Below are positions 18,635 through 29,468 of a stretch of DNA of 56,934 nt, piece by piece (the stretch's first letter is position 1; every line of letters begins with the position of its first letter). The notes beneath the pieces are model-generated. The model was given only the letters and a program-made list of their open reading frames with translations. It did not search any database and was not told where the DNA came from. The DNA lies in NCBI GenBank assembly GCA_035655635.1, contig DASRUB010000091.1, forward strand, positions 1 to 56,934, written 5' to 3'. The DNA comes from Rhodanobacter sp. (GTDB lineage Bacteria > Pseudomonadota > Gammaproteobacteria > Xanthomonadales > Rhodanobacteraceae). Made by a program: the position numbers and the translations under genes.

Positions 18635-21600
18635 CTATTGTTCCCGCTCCATCAGGTTGCCGTTCTCGTCGCTGGGCAGTGACGCAGGCATTCTGAGCGG
18701 CGGCAATGCCAGCGCTGGGTGGCCCTTGCTCGTGAGCCGGGCGTTGAACGCTGCCAGGCCCGTGCCCTTCACCTTGTCCCACTTGGCCATCACTGATTGC
18801 GCTTTTTGGCGCGCCTGGGTGCAGGCTTCGATTTGCGCCGCCGTGGGTGCGGTGTCCGCCGTCTCCAGCGCCAGCGACGCGGCCAAGGCGGCATCGCTCA
18901 CGTCCTTCAACGTGGCTGGTGTCGGGTAGGGCAGGCCGTACCCGCGCGGACCACTGCTATGGGCCACGGCATCGACGCTGGCCTTGAACGATTTGCTGGC
19001 AGCTGGTTCTGTCGACTCCAGCTTGCCCACTTCCTGGACAAGATCCTGGGCCTGGCCATAGGCCATCAGCGTCCTGCGCGCCAGCTCGTACATTTCAACC
19101 GAGAGCTTCTCTGACTGGGCCAGCGCAGCAGCAGGCGTGGTCACCCGCGGATCGAGGCGCACCGTCAGCGGCTGCGTATACGTCTTGCCATCGACCGTGA
19201 GGCGAACGGTGTAGTTGCCGGGAGGTGCCCACGGTGAGCTCGGCAGCACTGAGCTGCGATGCGGGATCACGATCGGACGCTGGATGGGAGAACGTTCCTG
19301 AGCCAGCGGCTGGTAGCGCAGGCTCCAGCTGATGCGATGCATGCCGGCGCTGGTCGGCATGGACTTGATCGGCGAGGGCCAGTACAGCGGGATGCTGCAG
19401 TCCGGTGAATCGGGTTTGGCCTGGCAAACTTTGTTGTACGCAGCGGGATCACGCGCCGGGTCCGGATTGCGCTCGAGTTCGCTCGAATACGTCCGCACGA
19501 CACTGCCTGCTTGATCCAGAATGTCGATGGTCAGCGGCCCGGAGGCGTCGGAGGCGAGGTAATAATCGATGATGGCGCCATTTGGCGGATTTTCGCCTGA
19601 CGGGACTTCCGGCGGGAACGGCATCGAATCGTAGGTCACCAGACGCACGCGCGTGGCCGTTTGCGGTTTGAACAGATAGGCGGTCCCGGCCTTGCGTGCA
19701 TCGGCCACCTGTCGCAAGGGCGTCACGTCGTCGAGAATGTAGAAGCCGCGGCCATGCGTGCCGGCGATCAGGTCGGCACATCCGCATTTGGCATCGTCCT
19801 TCACCTGCAGGTCGCGCACCGAAATCGCCGGCATGTCGAGCCGCAGCGATTGCCAGTGGTCGCCATCGTCGAACGATACCCATACCTGGGTATCCGTGCC
19901 CGCGTACAGCAGTCCGGGCTTGCGTGGGTCCTCGCGAATCGTGTTGGTCAATACGCCCGGGCTTATGCCGTTGTTGATTTCGGTCCAGGTCTTGCCGCCG
20001 TCATGCGTACGCCACAGGTGCGGGTTAATGTCGTCGATGCGCATGGTGTTGGCTGCTGCATACGCGGTTTTTGCATCGAAATGGCCGGCCTCGATGTTGT
20101 AGATGCGTGTCCAGGGCTTGATCGCTGGAGGCGTCACGTTTGACCAGTGGGTGCCACCGTCCATGGTCACCTGGACGTTGCCGTCGTCGGTGCCGGCCCA
20201 GAGCACGTTCACATCAAGGGGGGATGCCGAGAGCGCGGTGATGCTGCCTTGGAGACCTGGCTTGACCTTGTTTGCATACTTGCCGACGGTGGCTGGAGTC
20301 TGCCATGTCTGTCGCGCGAGGTCAGGGCTGATGCGTGTCCAGCTGTGGGCCTGGTCGGACGACTTCCACACCACGTTCGATGCGTAGAACAGCACCTTCG
20401 GATCTTTTGGCGACCAGAGCAGGGGCATCGTGCGCACGTTGCGGTTGTAATCGATGCCGCGCTGCTCGCGCGATGGTCCGACCAAGGTGGTCTGTCCGGT
20501 CTTGCGGTTGTACAAGGTGACGTTGTTGCGTCCACTGCCAAATACCAGGTCGGGATCTTTCGGGTCGCTCGCGGCAATGCCGTATTCCTGGATGCTCACG
20601 GAGTGCCAGTCGTGGAACGTGATGCGGCCGTCCATCGAGCGGCTGGCGACACAGGCCGAACCCGAGTCCTGCTGGCCGCTGCACACGCGGTAGGGAAACG
20701 CATCGTCGGTGGACACGTGATACATCGCTCCGGTGAGCTGGTTGTACCAGTTGCTCCATGACGCGCCGCGGTTGGCCGAAACCGTCGCTCCCTGGTCGGC
20801 AACGACGAAGACGATGTCAGGGTTGTTCGGATTGACCCACGGTTTCTGGTAATCATCCCCGTTCGGGCCGCCACGAACCGCAGCCCAGGTCACGCCGCCA
20901 TCTTCGGTACGCCAGAACACGGTCGAGGCGCTGTAAACGACGTTCGGGTCCTTGCCGTCCACCGCCAGGGTCGGCAGGTCGCCGCCACCGATGCGCACGG
21001 CCGGACGGGGGTCCGGTACGGCGTTCGGCGACGAGCCGGCGTTTTCCGGATCGCGCGCGGCGAGATGCCAGTGCTCACCACGGTCACTGGACTTGTAGAA
21101 ATTTACCGTTCCGGTCGTGCCTTCCTCGGCAGTTGCCACCTTGCCGACGGTGCCGGCCACCATCGCATAGATCGTGCTCGGCTGGCTGGGGGCGATGCTT
21201 AGATTTGCCTCGATCACGCCTGCGGGCAGGCCGTTCGTCAGTTCCTTCCAGGTGCTGCCGCCATCGGTGGACTTGAATATGCCGCCTTCCGTGCCACCAA
21301 ACTCCGGGCCTTCCAGATAGCTTTGCTGCTGCTGCCAGAGTCCGGCGTAGACAATGTTCGGGTTCCGCGGGTCGATGCGCACGTCATTGCCACTGACATA
21401 CGGGCTTTTGTACAGGACTTTGGTGAAGGTCTTGCCGCCGTCGGTGGAGCGGAAGATGCCGCGTTGCTCGTTTGGGCCGTACGGGTGGCCCAGCGCAGCG
21501 ACGAACACGCGGTTCGGATCGTGCGGGTCGACGGCGATGTTTGCGATCATCTGCGTGTCGCGCAGGCCCAGGTGGGTCCAGGTCTTGCCCGCGTCCGTGG

Positions 21601-22018
21601 ACTTGTACACGCCATCTCCCACGGACAGGTCCGGGCGGATGATGCCGGCGCCCGTGCCCACGTAAATGATGTCCGGATCCGAGGGCGCCACCGCGATGGC
21701 GCCGATCGAGCCGGTCGGTTCGTGGTCGAACAGCGGTACCCAGTTCGCGCCGTAGTCGGTCGAGCGCCAGACGCCACCATTGTCGTAGCCGGCATAGAAC
21801 ACGTTCGGCCGACTTGGAACCCCGTCCAGTGCCCTGGCGCGGCCACCTCGGGTCGGTCCGATTTCGCGCCAGTGCATCTCGGCGTAATACATCGAGGACT
21901 GATCGCTTTGGGGCCTGTTGCCGGATTCTGCCTTGGCGACCGAAGGCAACGTGGCAAAGGCAGTGGCGGCACCAATGAAGCCACAAGTGACAAGGCCAAG
22001 CAGGCGTGAAATCGACAT
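18635..22018 (-). CDS. Secreted VPS10/BNR-repeat beta-propeller protein (third paralog)
   Basis: Signal peptide; WREIGPTRGGR; Asp boxes; GDDYQKPW; WAGTDDG; GTHGRGFYILDD; same C-terminal architecture as the other two. Confidence 0.9.
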   Translation of the reverse strand: MSISRLLGLVTCGFIGAATAFATLPSVAKAESGNRPQSDQSSMYYAEMHWREIGPTRGGRARALDGVPSRPNVFYAGYDNGGVWRSTDYGANWVPLFDHEPTGSIGAIAVAPSDPDIIYVGTGAGIIRPDLSVGDGVYKSTDAGKTWTHLGLRDTQMIANIAVDPHDPNRVFVAALGHPYGPNEQRGIFRSTDGGKTFTKVLYKSPYVSGNDVRIDPRNPNIVYAGLWQQQQSYLEGPEFGGTEGGIFKSTDGGSTWKELTNGLPAGVIEANLSIAPSQPSTIYAMVAGTVGKVATAEEGTTGTVNFYKSSDRGEHWHLAARDPENAGSSPNAVPDPRPAVRIGGGDLPTLAVDGKDPNVVYSASTVFWRTEDGGVTWAAVRGGPNGDDYQKPWVNPNNPDIVFVVADQGATVSANRGASWSNWYNQLTGAMYHVSTDDAFPYRVCSGQQDSGSACVASRSMDGRITFHDWHSVSIQEYGIAASDPKDPDLVFGSGRNNVTLYNRKTGQTTLVGPSREQRGIDYNRNVRTMPLLWSPKDPKVLFYASNVVWKSSDQAHSWTRISPDLARQTWQTPATVGKYANKVKPGLQGSITALSASPLDVNVLWAGTDDGNVQVTMDGGTHWSNVTPPAIKPWTRIYNIEAGHFDAKTAYAAANTMRIDDINPHLWRTHDGGKTWTEINNGISPGVLTNTIREDPRKPGLLYAGTDTQVWVSFDDGDHWQSLRLDMPAISVRDLQVKDDAKCGCADLIAGTHGRGFYILDDVTPLRQVADARKAGTAYLFKPQTATRVRLVTYDSMPFPPEVPSGENPPNGAIIDYYLASDASGPLTIDILDQAGSVVRTYSSELERNPDPARDPAAYNKVCQAKPDSPDCSIPLYWPSPIKSMPTSAGMHRISWSLRYQPLAQERSPIQRPIVIPHRSSVLPSSPWAPPGNYTVRLTVDGKTYTQPLTVRLDPRVTTPAAALAQSEKLSVEMYELARRTLMAYGQAQDLVQEVGKLESTEPAASKSFKASVDAVAHSSGPRGYGLPYPTPATLKDVSDAALAASLALETADTAPTAAQIEACTQARQKAQSVMAKWDKVKGTGLAAFNARLTSKGHPALALPPLRMPASLPSDENGNLMEREQ

Positions 22019-22411
22019 TGGCGATCAACTCGCGGAGGCTGTATGGAGAAGTACCCTTGTCTCAAACCATAGCAGTGTAGAAACCGTGTAGCCAGCCGGT
22101 GCTCATGCGTGCGCCGCGACACCGCCATACCGACCATAAAAGAACGCAGGGTGCAAAAGGCGTGTGTACGCCTTTGCGGATCAATGTCCAGGCCGAGGTG
22201 GGTCGTGCAAGGCGTTACCAGTGTGTCTTCAATCAACGCAAGGTTTGCGCGTACGCCTGACCATCGTAGGCTCACCATCGAAGCTCGCACTGGTTGGGCT
22301 CGATGTAGCGGTAGACGGTCAGCATCCGGGTAATGGGTGTATGGCAGAATGACCCGACGGCTGCCAATTACCCAGCAGATTCATCCCGTACATTCGAGGA
22401 GATGGCCCATC

Positions 22412-22915
22412 GTGGTTCGTGTACGTAACGTCTTGTCGTCCGGGTGCTGGATGCTGATATCCGCTTTCACATGGCCAGTGTTTGCCAGCCAACCGGTCAG
22501 AACGCCGCCTCCGATAAACGCCGTGGTGACGAATTTCTATTACAACAATTTGCCGGCCGCGAAAGAGTGGTATGTGGATGAGATGGGCTTTCCGGTCATC
22601 TACGACGATGGCTGGGTGGTCATCGTGGAAGTCGGCAAGGGCATGCAAATCGCGCTGGTCGATGCATCCAGGGGCGCGCTCCAGGCTGTAAAGAACAAGG
22701 GCGCCATGCTGGCGATTGAAACTGGCGCACTGGAACAATGGCATGACTACGTGAGCAAGATCGGCGGCATCGAATGGTATCCATATAACGGTGAGGATCC
22801 GCGACATTTCAAACATGGAATCCGGACACACGGTGACTATGAGGAGTTTCGCGTGCTCGATCCAGGTGGATACATCATTGAATTCTATCGATGGAAGTCC
22901 GGCAAAACCCCATGA
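22412..22915 (+). CDS. VOC/glyoxalase-fold protein with probable signal peptide
   Basis: FYYNNLPAAKEWYVDEMGF and FRVLDPGGYIIEF motifs; GTG start after GAGGAG; hydrophobic N-terminus ending VFA-S. Confidence 0.75.
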   Translation: MVRVRNVLSSGCWMLISAFTWPVFASQPVRTPPPINAVVTNFYYNNLPAAKEWYVDEMGFPVIYDDGWVVIVEVGKGMQIALVDASRGALQAVKNKGAMLAIETGALEQWHDYVSKIGGIEWYPYNGEDPRHFKHGIRTHGDYEEFRVLDPGGYIIEFYRWKSGKTP

Positions 22916-23199
22916 GGCAACGGCTCTGCGTTTAACCCGACGCGATGCTGCCATCAGCATTGATGTCGCCACCATCGCTGCGTGTCCTTCCGGGTGACCG
23001 GGCAAATGGCGAGGAACGCGGTAGTACCACCACGCGTCCGATCCAGCAGGCTTGTGCGTCGCCCTGATCCTCAAGTGCTGTCGCTGGTGTAGCTGAGTCA
23101 GCGACCGTGGAGTGGGCGTGACAGGTGGTAAGCGACAACTGTCAATAATGGGTACGCTCGCGGACCGTCCGCGCTGTGCATCCCTACAAGGAGGCCGAA

Positions 23200-24507
23200 A
23201 TGGACAACGAATCTTCGATGGAGTCTGTGGTGAACCGCAAACGACAAATGTGGCCCAAACTCGTTTGTGTGTTGGTTGCCCTGTTTGCGTTTCAGTCCCC
23301 GACCCAGGCCCAGTCGCGACGAATGTCGCTTGACCAGGCTCTTGCGTCGCCGCGCGTGGAAACTGCGCTGAAGAGTATCGAACAGAACCGGGGCCATGAG
23401 GTCGATGACTTGATCAAGATCGGCAGCATCATCTCGCCCTCCGGACAGGAACAAAAGCGTGCTGCGGAAGTAGCACGGGAAATGAAGGCCATCGGCTTGC
23501 AGGATGTGCAGGTCGACGCGGTCAACAATGTGACCGGGACCATTCCAGGCTCCGGCGAGGGCACCATCGTGTTTGTCTCGACCCTGGATGACTTGAAGAC
23601 GGTCGCAGACCATCAGGAAGCCGCCAAGCAACCCCTACATGCCAAGGGTGACCGGGTCATCGGCCCCGGTTCCAATACGTCGACGACGACCGTATCGATG
23701 CTGGCTGCGGCACGGGCATTCCTGGATGCCGGCCTGAAACCTGAACGCACCCTGGTCTTTGCTGCTGTAGTCCAGGAGGAGACCGGTCTGACCGGCATGC
23801 GTGCGCTGTACAAGCGCGATCATGCGCGGGTCACCGCTTTTGTGGAGGTGCTGGGTGACGGACGCAGCATTTCGTATGGGGCGATCACGATTCATTGGTG
23901 GAAGGTGATCGCGCACGGCCCTGCCGGCCACACGCTCATGGGCGGCTTGCCCAACGTCAACCAGGGCATCGGAAGGGCGGTCGACCGGATCCTGCAACTA
24001 CCCTATGACAAGCACTACGCCGGCCGGAACAATGTCGTCAACGTGGCGATCCTGCAGAGCGGCGCCGTGTTCAACCACAAGCCCGACTCCGGATGGTTTT
24101 CGCTGGACGTCCGTTCCAGCGATGGCAGCGCGGTAACCTCCATGGAGGGTGATGTCCGGAGCATATTGAAGGAGGTGTCTGCACAGACCCGAGTTTCCTT
24201 CGAGATGCAGGTCGTTGACCAGACGCCCGGCGGGCAAATTCCGGGGATGGAACGCGGTGACCTGGTGCAGACATCGGCACAAATTGCGCGTCACCTCGGA
24301 ATGACACCCAAGCTCAGTGACCTGGGTTCGTCGAACATGAATATAGCCATCGGCGGCGGGACACCGGCGATCGGGCTGGGCGGCGAGCGCGGCGGCGAGC
24401 GCGGAGAGCCCAGCGAGTGGGCTGACGTCCCGCAGATGATCCGTACCGCAAAACATGTGTTCCTTCTGGCGGTGACCATGGGAGGACTGGACCGTCACGA
24501 CAACTGA
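23200..24507 (+). CDS. M20/M25/M40-fold metallohydrolase homolog, secreted, with non-canonical metal site
   Basis: SPSGQE, DAVNNV, VQEETG, GPAGH dimerisation domain, LDVRS; RBS AAGGAGG; signal peptide. Confidence 0.82.
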   Translation: MDNESSMESVVNRKRQMWPKLVCVLVALFAFQSPTQAQSRRMSLDQALASPRVETALKSIEQNRGHEVDDLIKIGSIISPSGQEQKRAAEVAREMKAIGLQDVQVDAVNNVTGTIPGSGEGTIVFVSTLDDLKTVADHQEAAKQPLHAKGDRVIGPGSNTSTTTVSMLAAARAFLDAGLKPERTLVFAAVVQEETGLTGMRALYKRDHARVTAFVEVLGDGRSISYGAITIHWWKVIAHGPAGHTLMGGLPNVNQGIGRAVDRILQLPYDKHYAGRNNVVNVAILQSGAVFNHKPDSGWFSLDVRSSDGSAVTSMEGDVRSILKEVSAQTRVSFEMQVVDQTPGGQIPGMERGDLVQTSAQIARHLGMTPKLSDLGSSNMNIAIGGGTPAIGLGGERGGERGEPSEWADVPQMIRTAKHVFLLAVTMGGLDRHDN

Positions 24508-24934
24508 CGAAAGGCGAACTCAGTGTCGACCGCTGGGAGGAATGTACGCATGCCCAGGCGCACCGATCCTGACGCTGCGGCCGCAAGTTGGTGCTGCGCT
24601 CCCGCTCCCGGAACGTCACGGCGCACCTGGCGGGTTGGGGCAGGCTTTGCGAATGCCGATGGTCCTGATCCATTTGTCGCACAGGCGATTGTAGACCGAC
24701 CAGTCGGGTCATCGGGCTCGACCGGTGCACGCTCGGTGCGCAGGACGAGCTGCTGCGCGTCGCGGTATCGGAAGTGCATTAACATTCGAACAACACCGCT
24801 GTTCACTGTCACTCGCCCGGTGTGGACCGATGGGCCAACTCATGGTCCGCTCGTCAAGTTTGCGGCTGCGACAAGGGCGTTCGCCGCCGACCGGAATGGC
24901 TGCGCCAAAGTGCGCTATCAATCCAGTCTCGTCC

Positions 24935-26716
24935 TCACTTGTGCGCTGCTGTGTTCGCTATCCATCGGTCCAGCTTCCGGTCGAGAATGGCCAGTGGCAT
25001 ACTGCCGCCGAGCAGAATCTGGTCGTGGAACTCGCGTATGTTGAAGCGTGGCCCAAGCGCGTTCGATGCCTTGCTTCGAAGCGCTTCGATGTCCAGCTGG
25101 CCTACCTTGTAGGACAGGGCCTGCGCCGGATAGGCCACATAGCGCTCGACCTCGACTGCAGCCTGTGCATGGGTCATCGATGAATGGTCCATCATCCAGG
25201 TGATCCCCTGTTCGGTGCTCCAGCCCATGGCATGGATACCGGTATCGATCACCAGGCGGTTGGCACGCAGGATCATGTCCTGCAGATATCCGTAGTACTG
25301 CCAGGGGTCTTCATACAGCCCGAGCTCCTTGCCCAGGGATTCGCAATAAAGCGCCCACCCCTCGCCATAGGCGTTGAAAAAGCCGAGCCGCCGGAACGAG
25401 GGCAGTCCCTTGATCTCCAGAGCGAGAGAGGTCTGAAAATGATGGCCGGGATAGGTTTCGTGCAGCATCGTCGGTATCACGATGAACTTGTCCTTGATCC
25501 CCGGCGCATACGGGTTGATCCACAAGATGCCGGGCCGCGAACCGTCCGCGGCCGCCTGCTGATAATCGCCATTGCCTCGATAGACCTTGGCAGAAGCCTC
25601 CGGAATCGACTTGACCTCCAGCTTTGCCGTGGGCATGACGTCGAACAGCTTGGGCAGTGTCGGCAGGATGCGCGCCAGGGCAGCGTCGTAGGCCGGCACC
25701 ACTTCGTCCGGATTTTCAAAATGGAGAGCCTTGTCTGAGCGCACGTGTGCCAGGAATTCGGCCAGCGAGCCGTGAAAGCCAACCGTCTTCATCGCATCCT
25801 GCAATTCCCTCGTGATCTCCCTGACTTGCGCAAGACCCAGCTGGTGAATCTGCGTCGGGGTCATCTCAGTCGTGGTGTTCACCCTGATGTCGTATGCATA
25901 GAGTGCCGCGCCGCCTGGCAACGCCCCGAGGCCTGGCTTCGCACTGGCGTGCGGCAGGTACTCGTCGTGCATGTACGAATAGAGCTTTCGGTAGGCCGGC
26001 TCGATCACATCGAGGATCTTCGCTGCATACGCCTTCGTCAGGCGTTGCCGATCAGCCACTGGAATGCCGGCAGGAAACTTCATGATCGGCTGCCAGAAGA
26101 CAGTTTTCTCGGGTGCCGACCCGAAGTACTGCTGCAGCTGCGGCAGGACGCGCTCGACCACGATGCGCGGCAGCACCACACCCTTGCTTACTCCTTCTTG
26201 CATGCGCGCAATGGCGTCGTCCGTCCACCGAGCGTAGCCATCGGCCAACTTCAGCGCATTGTCGTAGTCCGCGATCGTCTTGAAGTTGTAGTCACCCGAG
26301 CCCGATTGGTCGAGCGCGAATTCCATATGGTGCCCCGTGAACTGGTTGATCGGCAGCATGCGTGCGGTCACGTAGACGCCGGTACCGTAATACGAAAGCT
26401 TTTGCGCCAACTGGTAACTCAGCATCTCGTAGCTGATGCGGTCCTGCTCGGGCAGCGTTGCTGGATCGAAATTCACGAGAGACGCCTGATAGTGCCTCAG
26501 CATCGCGGTCGCGTCGTGATCCCAGGAGTCCTCCAAGGCTTCGTTGGACCTTGCTTCCAGCGTCGACCAGTCCTGCCAGTAAGCGGCGTACAGGCGATCG
26601 AGTCCCTGTTGTTCGTGCGAAACGGAAGCGGACGCCGCGAACGTCCAGGCGTTGATTGGAATGAGCCCAAGCGCCAGGACCACGGGCAGCAAGACGGCAC
26701 GAGCCACGTTCGTCAT
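24935..26716 (-). CDS. DUF885 family protein (putative zinc metallopeptidase), secreted
   Basis: HETYPGHHFQ, EGWALYCE, RLVIDTGIH, EVERY..PAQALSYKVG; RBS AGAGGA before ATG. Confidence 0.9.
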   Translation of the reverse strand: MTNVARAVLLPVVLALGLIPINAWTFAASASVSHEQQGLDRLYAAYWQDWSTLEARSNEALEDSWDHDATAMLRHYQASLVNFDPATLPEQDRISYEMLSYQLAQKLSYYGTGVYVTARMLPINQFTGHHMEFALDQSGSGDYNFKTIADYDNALKLADGYARWTDDAIARMQEGVSKGVVLPRIVVERVLPQLQQYFGSAPEKTVFWQPIMKFPAGIPVADRQRLTKAYAAKILDVIEPAYRKLYSYMHDEYLPHASAKPGLGALPGGAALYAYDIRVNTTTEMTPTQIHQLGLAQVREITRELQDAMKTVGFHGSLAEFLAHVRSDKALHFENPDEVVPAYDAALARILPTLPKLFDVMPTAKLEVKSIPEASAKVYRGNGDYQQAAADGSRPGILWINPYAPGIKDKFIVIPTMLHETYPGHHFQTSLALEIKGLPSFRRLGFFNAYGEGWALYCESLGKELGLYEDPWQYYGYLQDMILRANRLVIDTGIHAMGWSTEQGITWMMDHSSMTHAQAAVEVERYVAYPAQALSYKVGQLDIEALRSKASNALGPRFNIREFHDQILLGGSMPLAILDRKLDRWIANTAAHK

Positions 26717-27236
26717 GGAGCTTTCCTCTTGAAATATCGCCTGTTGATACGCGTCCCCACGCCCTCCATGGTCTTTCCAGCATCCGAGCGCCAATGCTGC
26801 GACGGTTCCTCAGCGCCATCGATACGCCACTGCAGCACTCCGCACCGCGCCACCGGATCGACCGGCCGTCCTGGACGTGCGTTCGCAAAAGTGTACTCGT
26901 GACCTCGTTGGCTTTTTCGCTGCGCTCGCCAGCGCCGCCTCCACAGGTTCCACATCCATGTCCAGCAGCTCGCGGCCACGAACGTGGAAGCTCCAATTCC
27001 AGTGTCGGTGACCATCGGCAAAGATCGTCAACATGGGGTCCCGGCAGACGTGGTGCCCAATGCCAAGGCGATACCGCTTCGCCCAGGCAACGATCCGGAG
27101 CCCGCGTCTGTGACCATCAGCTCCGCACCGCAAAATGGCGTGCTGCCACCCGGGGCAGGGATGCCCGCGTTTGATTATGCTTGGCGTCAAACCTCCTCCC
27201 AGACAGCTTTGTCCATCACCCGGAGCCTTCCCAGAC

Positions 27237-29468
27237 ATGACCCTGCAATATCGACTGCTGTTCGGCTGCGTCGCGCTGTACGGCCTCGTCATTTCCCTTC
27301 CGGCAAACGCCCTCGAACCGGCAGCAGCCAGTGTGGCCACGCCCCGAGCGTTGACGATCGAGCGGCTGTATAGCCTGCCCTGGATCATCGGCACCGCTCC
27401 GCAGGACCCCCAGTGGTCACCCGACAGCCGTCACTTGGCGTTTCTGTGGAACAACGAGGGGACAAACTTCATGGACGTCTGGATGACAGACGCCACGGGA
27501 GGCAAGCCGGTACGCGTGACCCGCATGCCGCGCCCGGACAGTCCGGCAAACCCGGGCACCGACATGGCCAAGCTCGAACAGGCCGAGCGCGCCGAGAATG
27601 ATCACGGCGTTTCGGAAGTCGTCTGGGCGCCCGATGGTCGGCGCCTCGTGTTCAACCTGCATGGCTCCCTGTACCAGGTGTTGCCAGGCGAGCCCCCACA
27701 GCGAATCACCGCAGCGGCTGCGGCTGCCTCGGACCTCGCCGTGTCGCCAAGCGCCAACGCCATGGCGTATCTGTCATCCGGCGAGCTGTGGATCGTGGAC
27801 TTTGCCGGGGCTCGACCCACGCTGCACCGGGTTCTTGCCCCAGGTAGACGCGACGTCGGCGTGGAGTCCTTCGTCTGGTCCGGTGATGGGAAGCGCCTGG
27901 CCTTCGTGGAAGCCGATTCCTCGCAGGTGCCGACGCGCGGTCTTCCGGATTATCTTGGCAAGGAAACCCGGCTGGTTGAAGTAAAGCGGCCGTTTCCCGG
28001 CGAGCCGTCGCCATCCCGGCGCCTCGGTGTGATCGCCTCGACGGGAGGTCAGGTGCAGTGGATGGATCTGGGCAACAATCCGCTGGACCAGATATTCAGC
28101 GTGCGCTGGTCACCGGACAACGAGCGTCTGCTCGTGGACAAAAGCGACTTGTATGTCAAGGACCGGCGCCTGCTGCTGCTTGATCCGGACACCGGGCGGT
28201 CACAGCTTCTGCTGCGCGAAGCCGACCCGCACAACGTGAGCGCGGACTGGTGGGCGGACTGGGCTCCGGATGGCCAGGGCGTGTATTTCATCTCCGATCG
28301 CGACAACGACTACCAGGTGTATTACCAGGCAGTTGCCGGTGGCGTCCCGAAGGCCATCACTGCCGGCGACTGGGCAGTATTCTCGGCGACGGTGTCGAAA
28401 ACCGCGCACGCCCTGTTCGTGGTCACCAACGCCGGCAATGCCGAATCGCGCCGGTTGTATCGCGTGCCGCTGGCCGGTGGGGCACCACAACCGGTTACCC
28501 CGGCTGAAGGAGCACATCACCCGCTGGTTTCACCAGACGGGAAGTATCTGGCCGATCTTTATTCAAACGACATGACACCTCCGGACCTGTATCTGCAAGG
28601 TACGGCCAGTACGGACGCGACAGCGGCCCGCGTTCACCGGGTCACGCACTCGCCCCTGCCGGAATTCAGCCAGTACCACTGGCTCAGGCCGAAATACGTC
28701 GTCTTCAGAAACGTCAATGACGGCACCGCACTCCATGCCCGGCTTACCCTCCCGCCGAACTTCAATCCGAACAAGAAATATCCGGTGATCCTCGGCTCCG
28801 TCTACAGCAACACCGTGCACAATGAATGGGGTGGTCGGGTGTTCCATCCGACCTGGGGGCTGGACCAGTTCCTCGCCCAGCAAGGCTTCGTGATCATGAA
28901 CGTCGATATCAGCGGCAGCGCGGGCTACGGCAAGGCGTTCCGTCAGCGCATCGGTGAGGACTACGGTGGCATCGATGTGGACGACTTGTTCAGCGCCACG
29001 CGTTATCTCGTCGCGCAGGGCTATGCCGACCCGGAGCGCATCGGCATCTGGGGGAGCAGCTACGGAGGACTGTTGACCGCAATGTCGATGTTCCGCTATC
29101 CGGAGGTGTACAAGGCCGGAGTGGCTGCGGCTCCCGCAACCAGCTTGTTCCATGCCCAGACCGGAGAGATGCAGGTGATGATGGCGCCGCAGGGTCATGA
29201 AGCACAGTACGCAAAATCCTCGGCGTTCCTGCGCTCCGGCGATCTCAAGGGCCATCTCATGCTGCTCCATGGCATGCGTGACGATGTCGTACTGTTCAAG
29301 GATTCCGTGACGCTGTACCAGCGCTTGATCCTGCAAGGCAAGAATGTTGACTTGGTGGTGCTGCCGAACGCCCCGCACGGCTGGGATACCGAGGGAACGG
29401 CACAGACCCGCTACGGCTACCGGAAGCTCTACGAGTATTTCGAGCGCTGGCTCGGCAAGTCACCCTGA
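27237..29468 (+). CDS. S9B dipeptidyl-peptidase IV-like serine peptidase, secreted
   Basis: WSPD propeller repeats; GIWGSSYGG nucleophile; HGMRDD and APHG complete the triad; signal peptide ending ANA-L. Confidence 0.9.
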   Translation: MTLQYRLLFGCVALYGLVISLPANALEPAAASVATPRALTIERLYSLPWIIGTAPQDPQWSPDSRHLAFLWNNEGTNFMDVWMTDATGGKPVRVTRMPRPDSPANPGTDMAKLEQAERAENDHGVSEVVWAPDGRRLVFNLHGSLYQVLPGEPPQRITAAAAAASDLAVSPSANAMAYLSSGELWIVDFAGARPTLHRVLAPGRRDVGVESFVWSGDGKRLAFVEADSSQVPTRGLPDYLGKETRLVEVKRPFPGEPSPSRRLGVIASTGGQVQWMDLGNNPLDQIFSVRWSPDNERLLVDKSDLYVKDRRLLLLDPDTGRSQLLLREADPHNVSADWWADWAPDGQGVYFISDRDNDYQVYYQAVAGGVPKAITAGDWAVFSATVSKTAHALFVVTNAGNAESRRLYRVPLAGGAPQPVTPAEGAHHPLVSPDGKYLADLYSNDMTPPDLYLQGTASTDATAARVHRVTHSPLPEFSQYHWLRPKYVVFRNVNDGTALHARLTLPPNFNPNKKYPVILGSVYSNTVHNEWGGRVFHPTWGLDQFLAQQGFVIMNVDISGSAGYGKAFRQRIGEDYGGIDVDDLFSATRYLVAQGYADPERIGIWGSSYGGLLTAMSMFRYPEVYKAGVAAAPATSLFHAQTGEMQVMMAPQGHEAQYAKSSAFLRSGDLKGHLMLLHGMRDDVVLFKDSVTLYQRLILQGKNVDLVVLPNAPHGWDTEGTAQTRYGYRKLYEYFERWLGKSP

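Noticed and set aside
24508-24934. Possible catalase-like fragment (YRDAQ) in the spacer
   Set aside because: Five-residue resemblance only, with no flanking support.
26717-27236. ORFs in the DUF885-S9 divergent spacer, and similarly 4940-5260, 22916-23199 and 29469-29886
   Set aside because: No recognisable family or RBS; they may be eroded gene remnants but cannot be assigned by eye.
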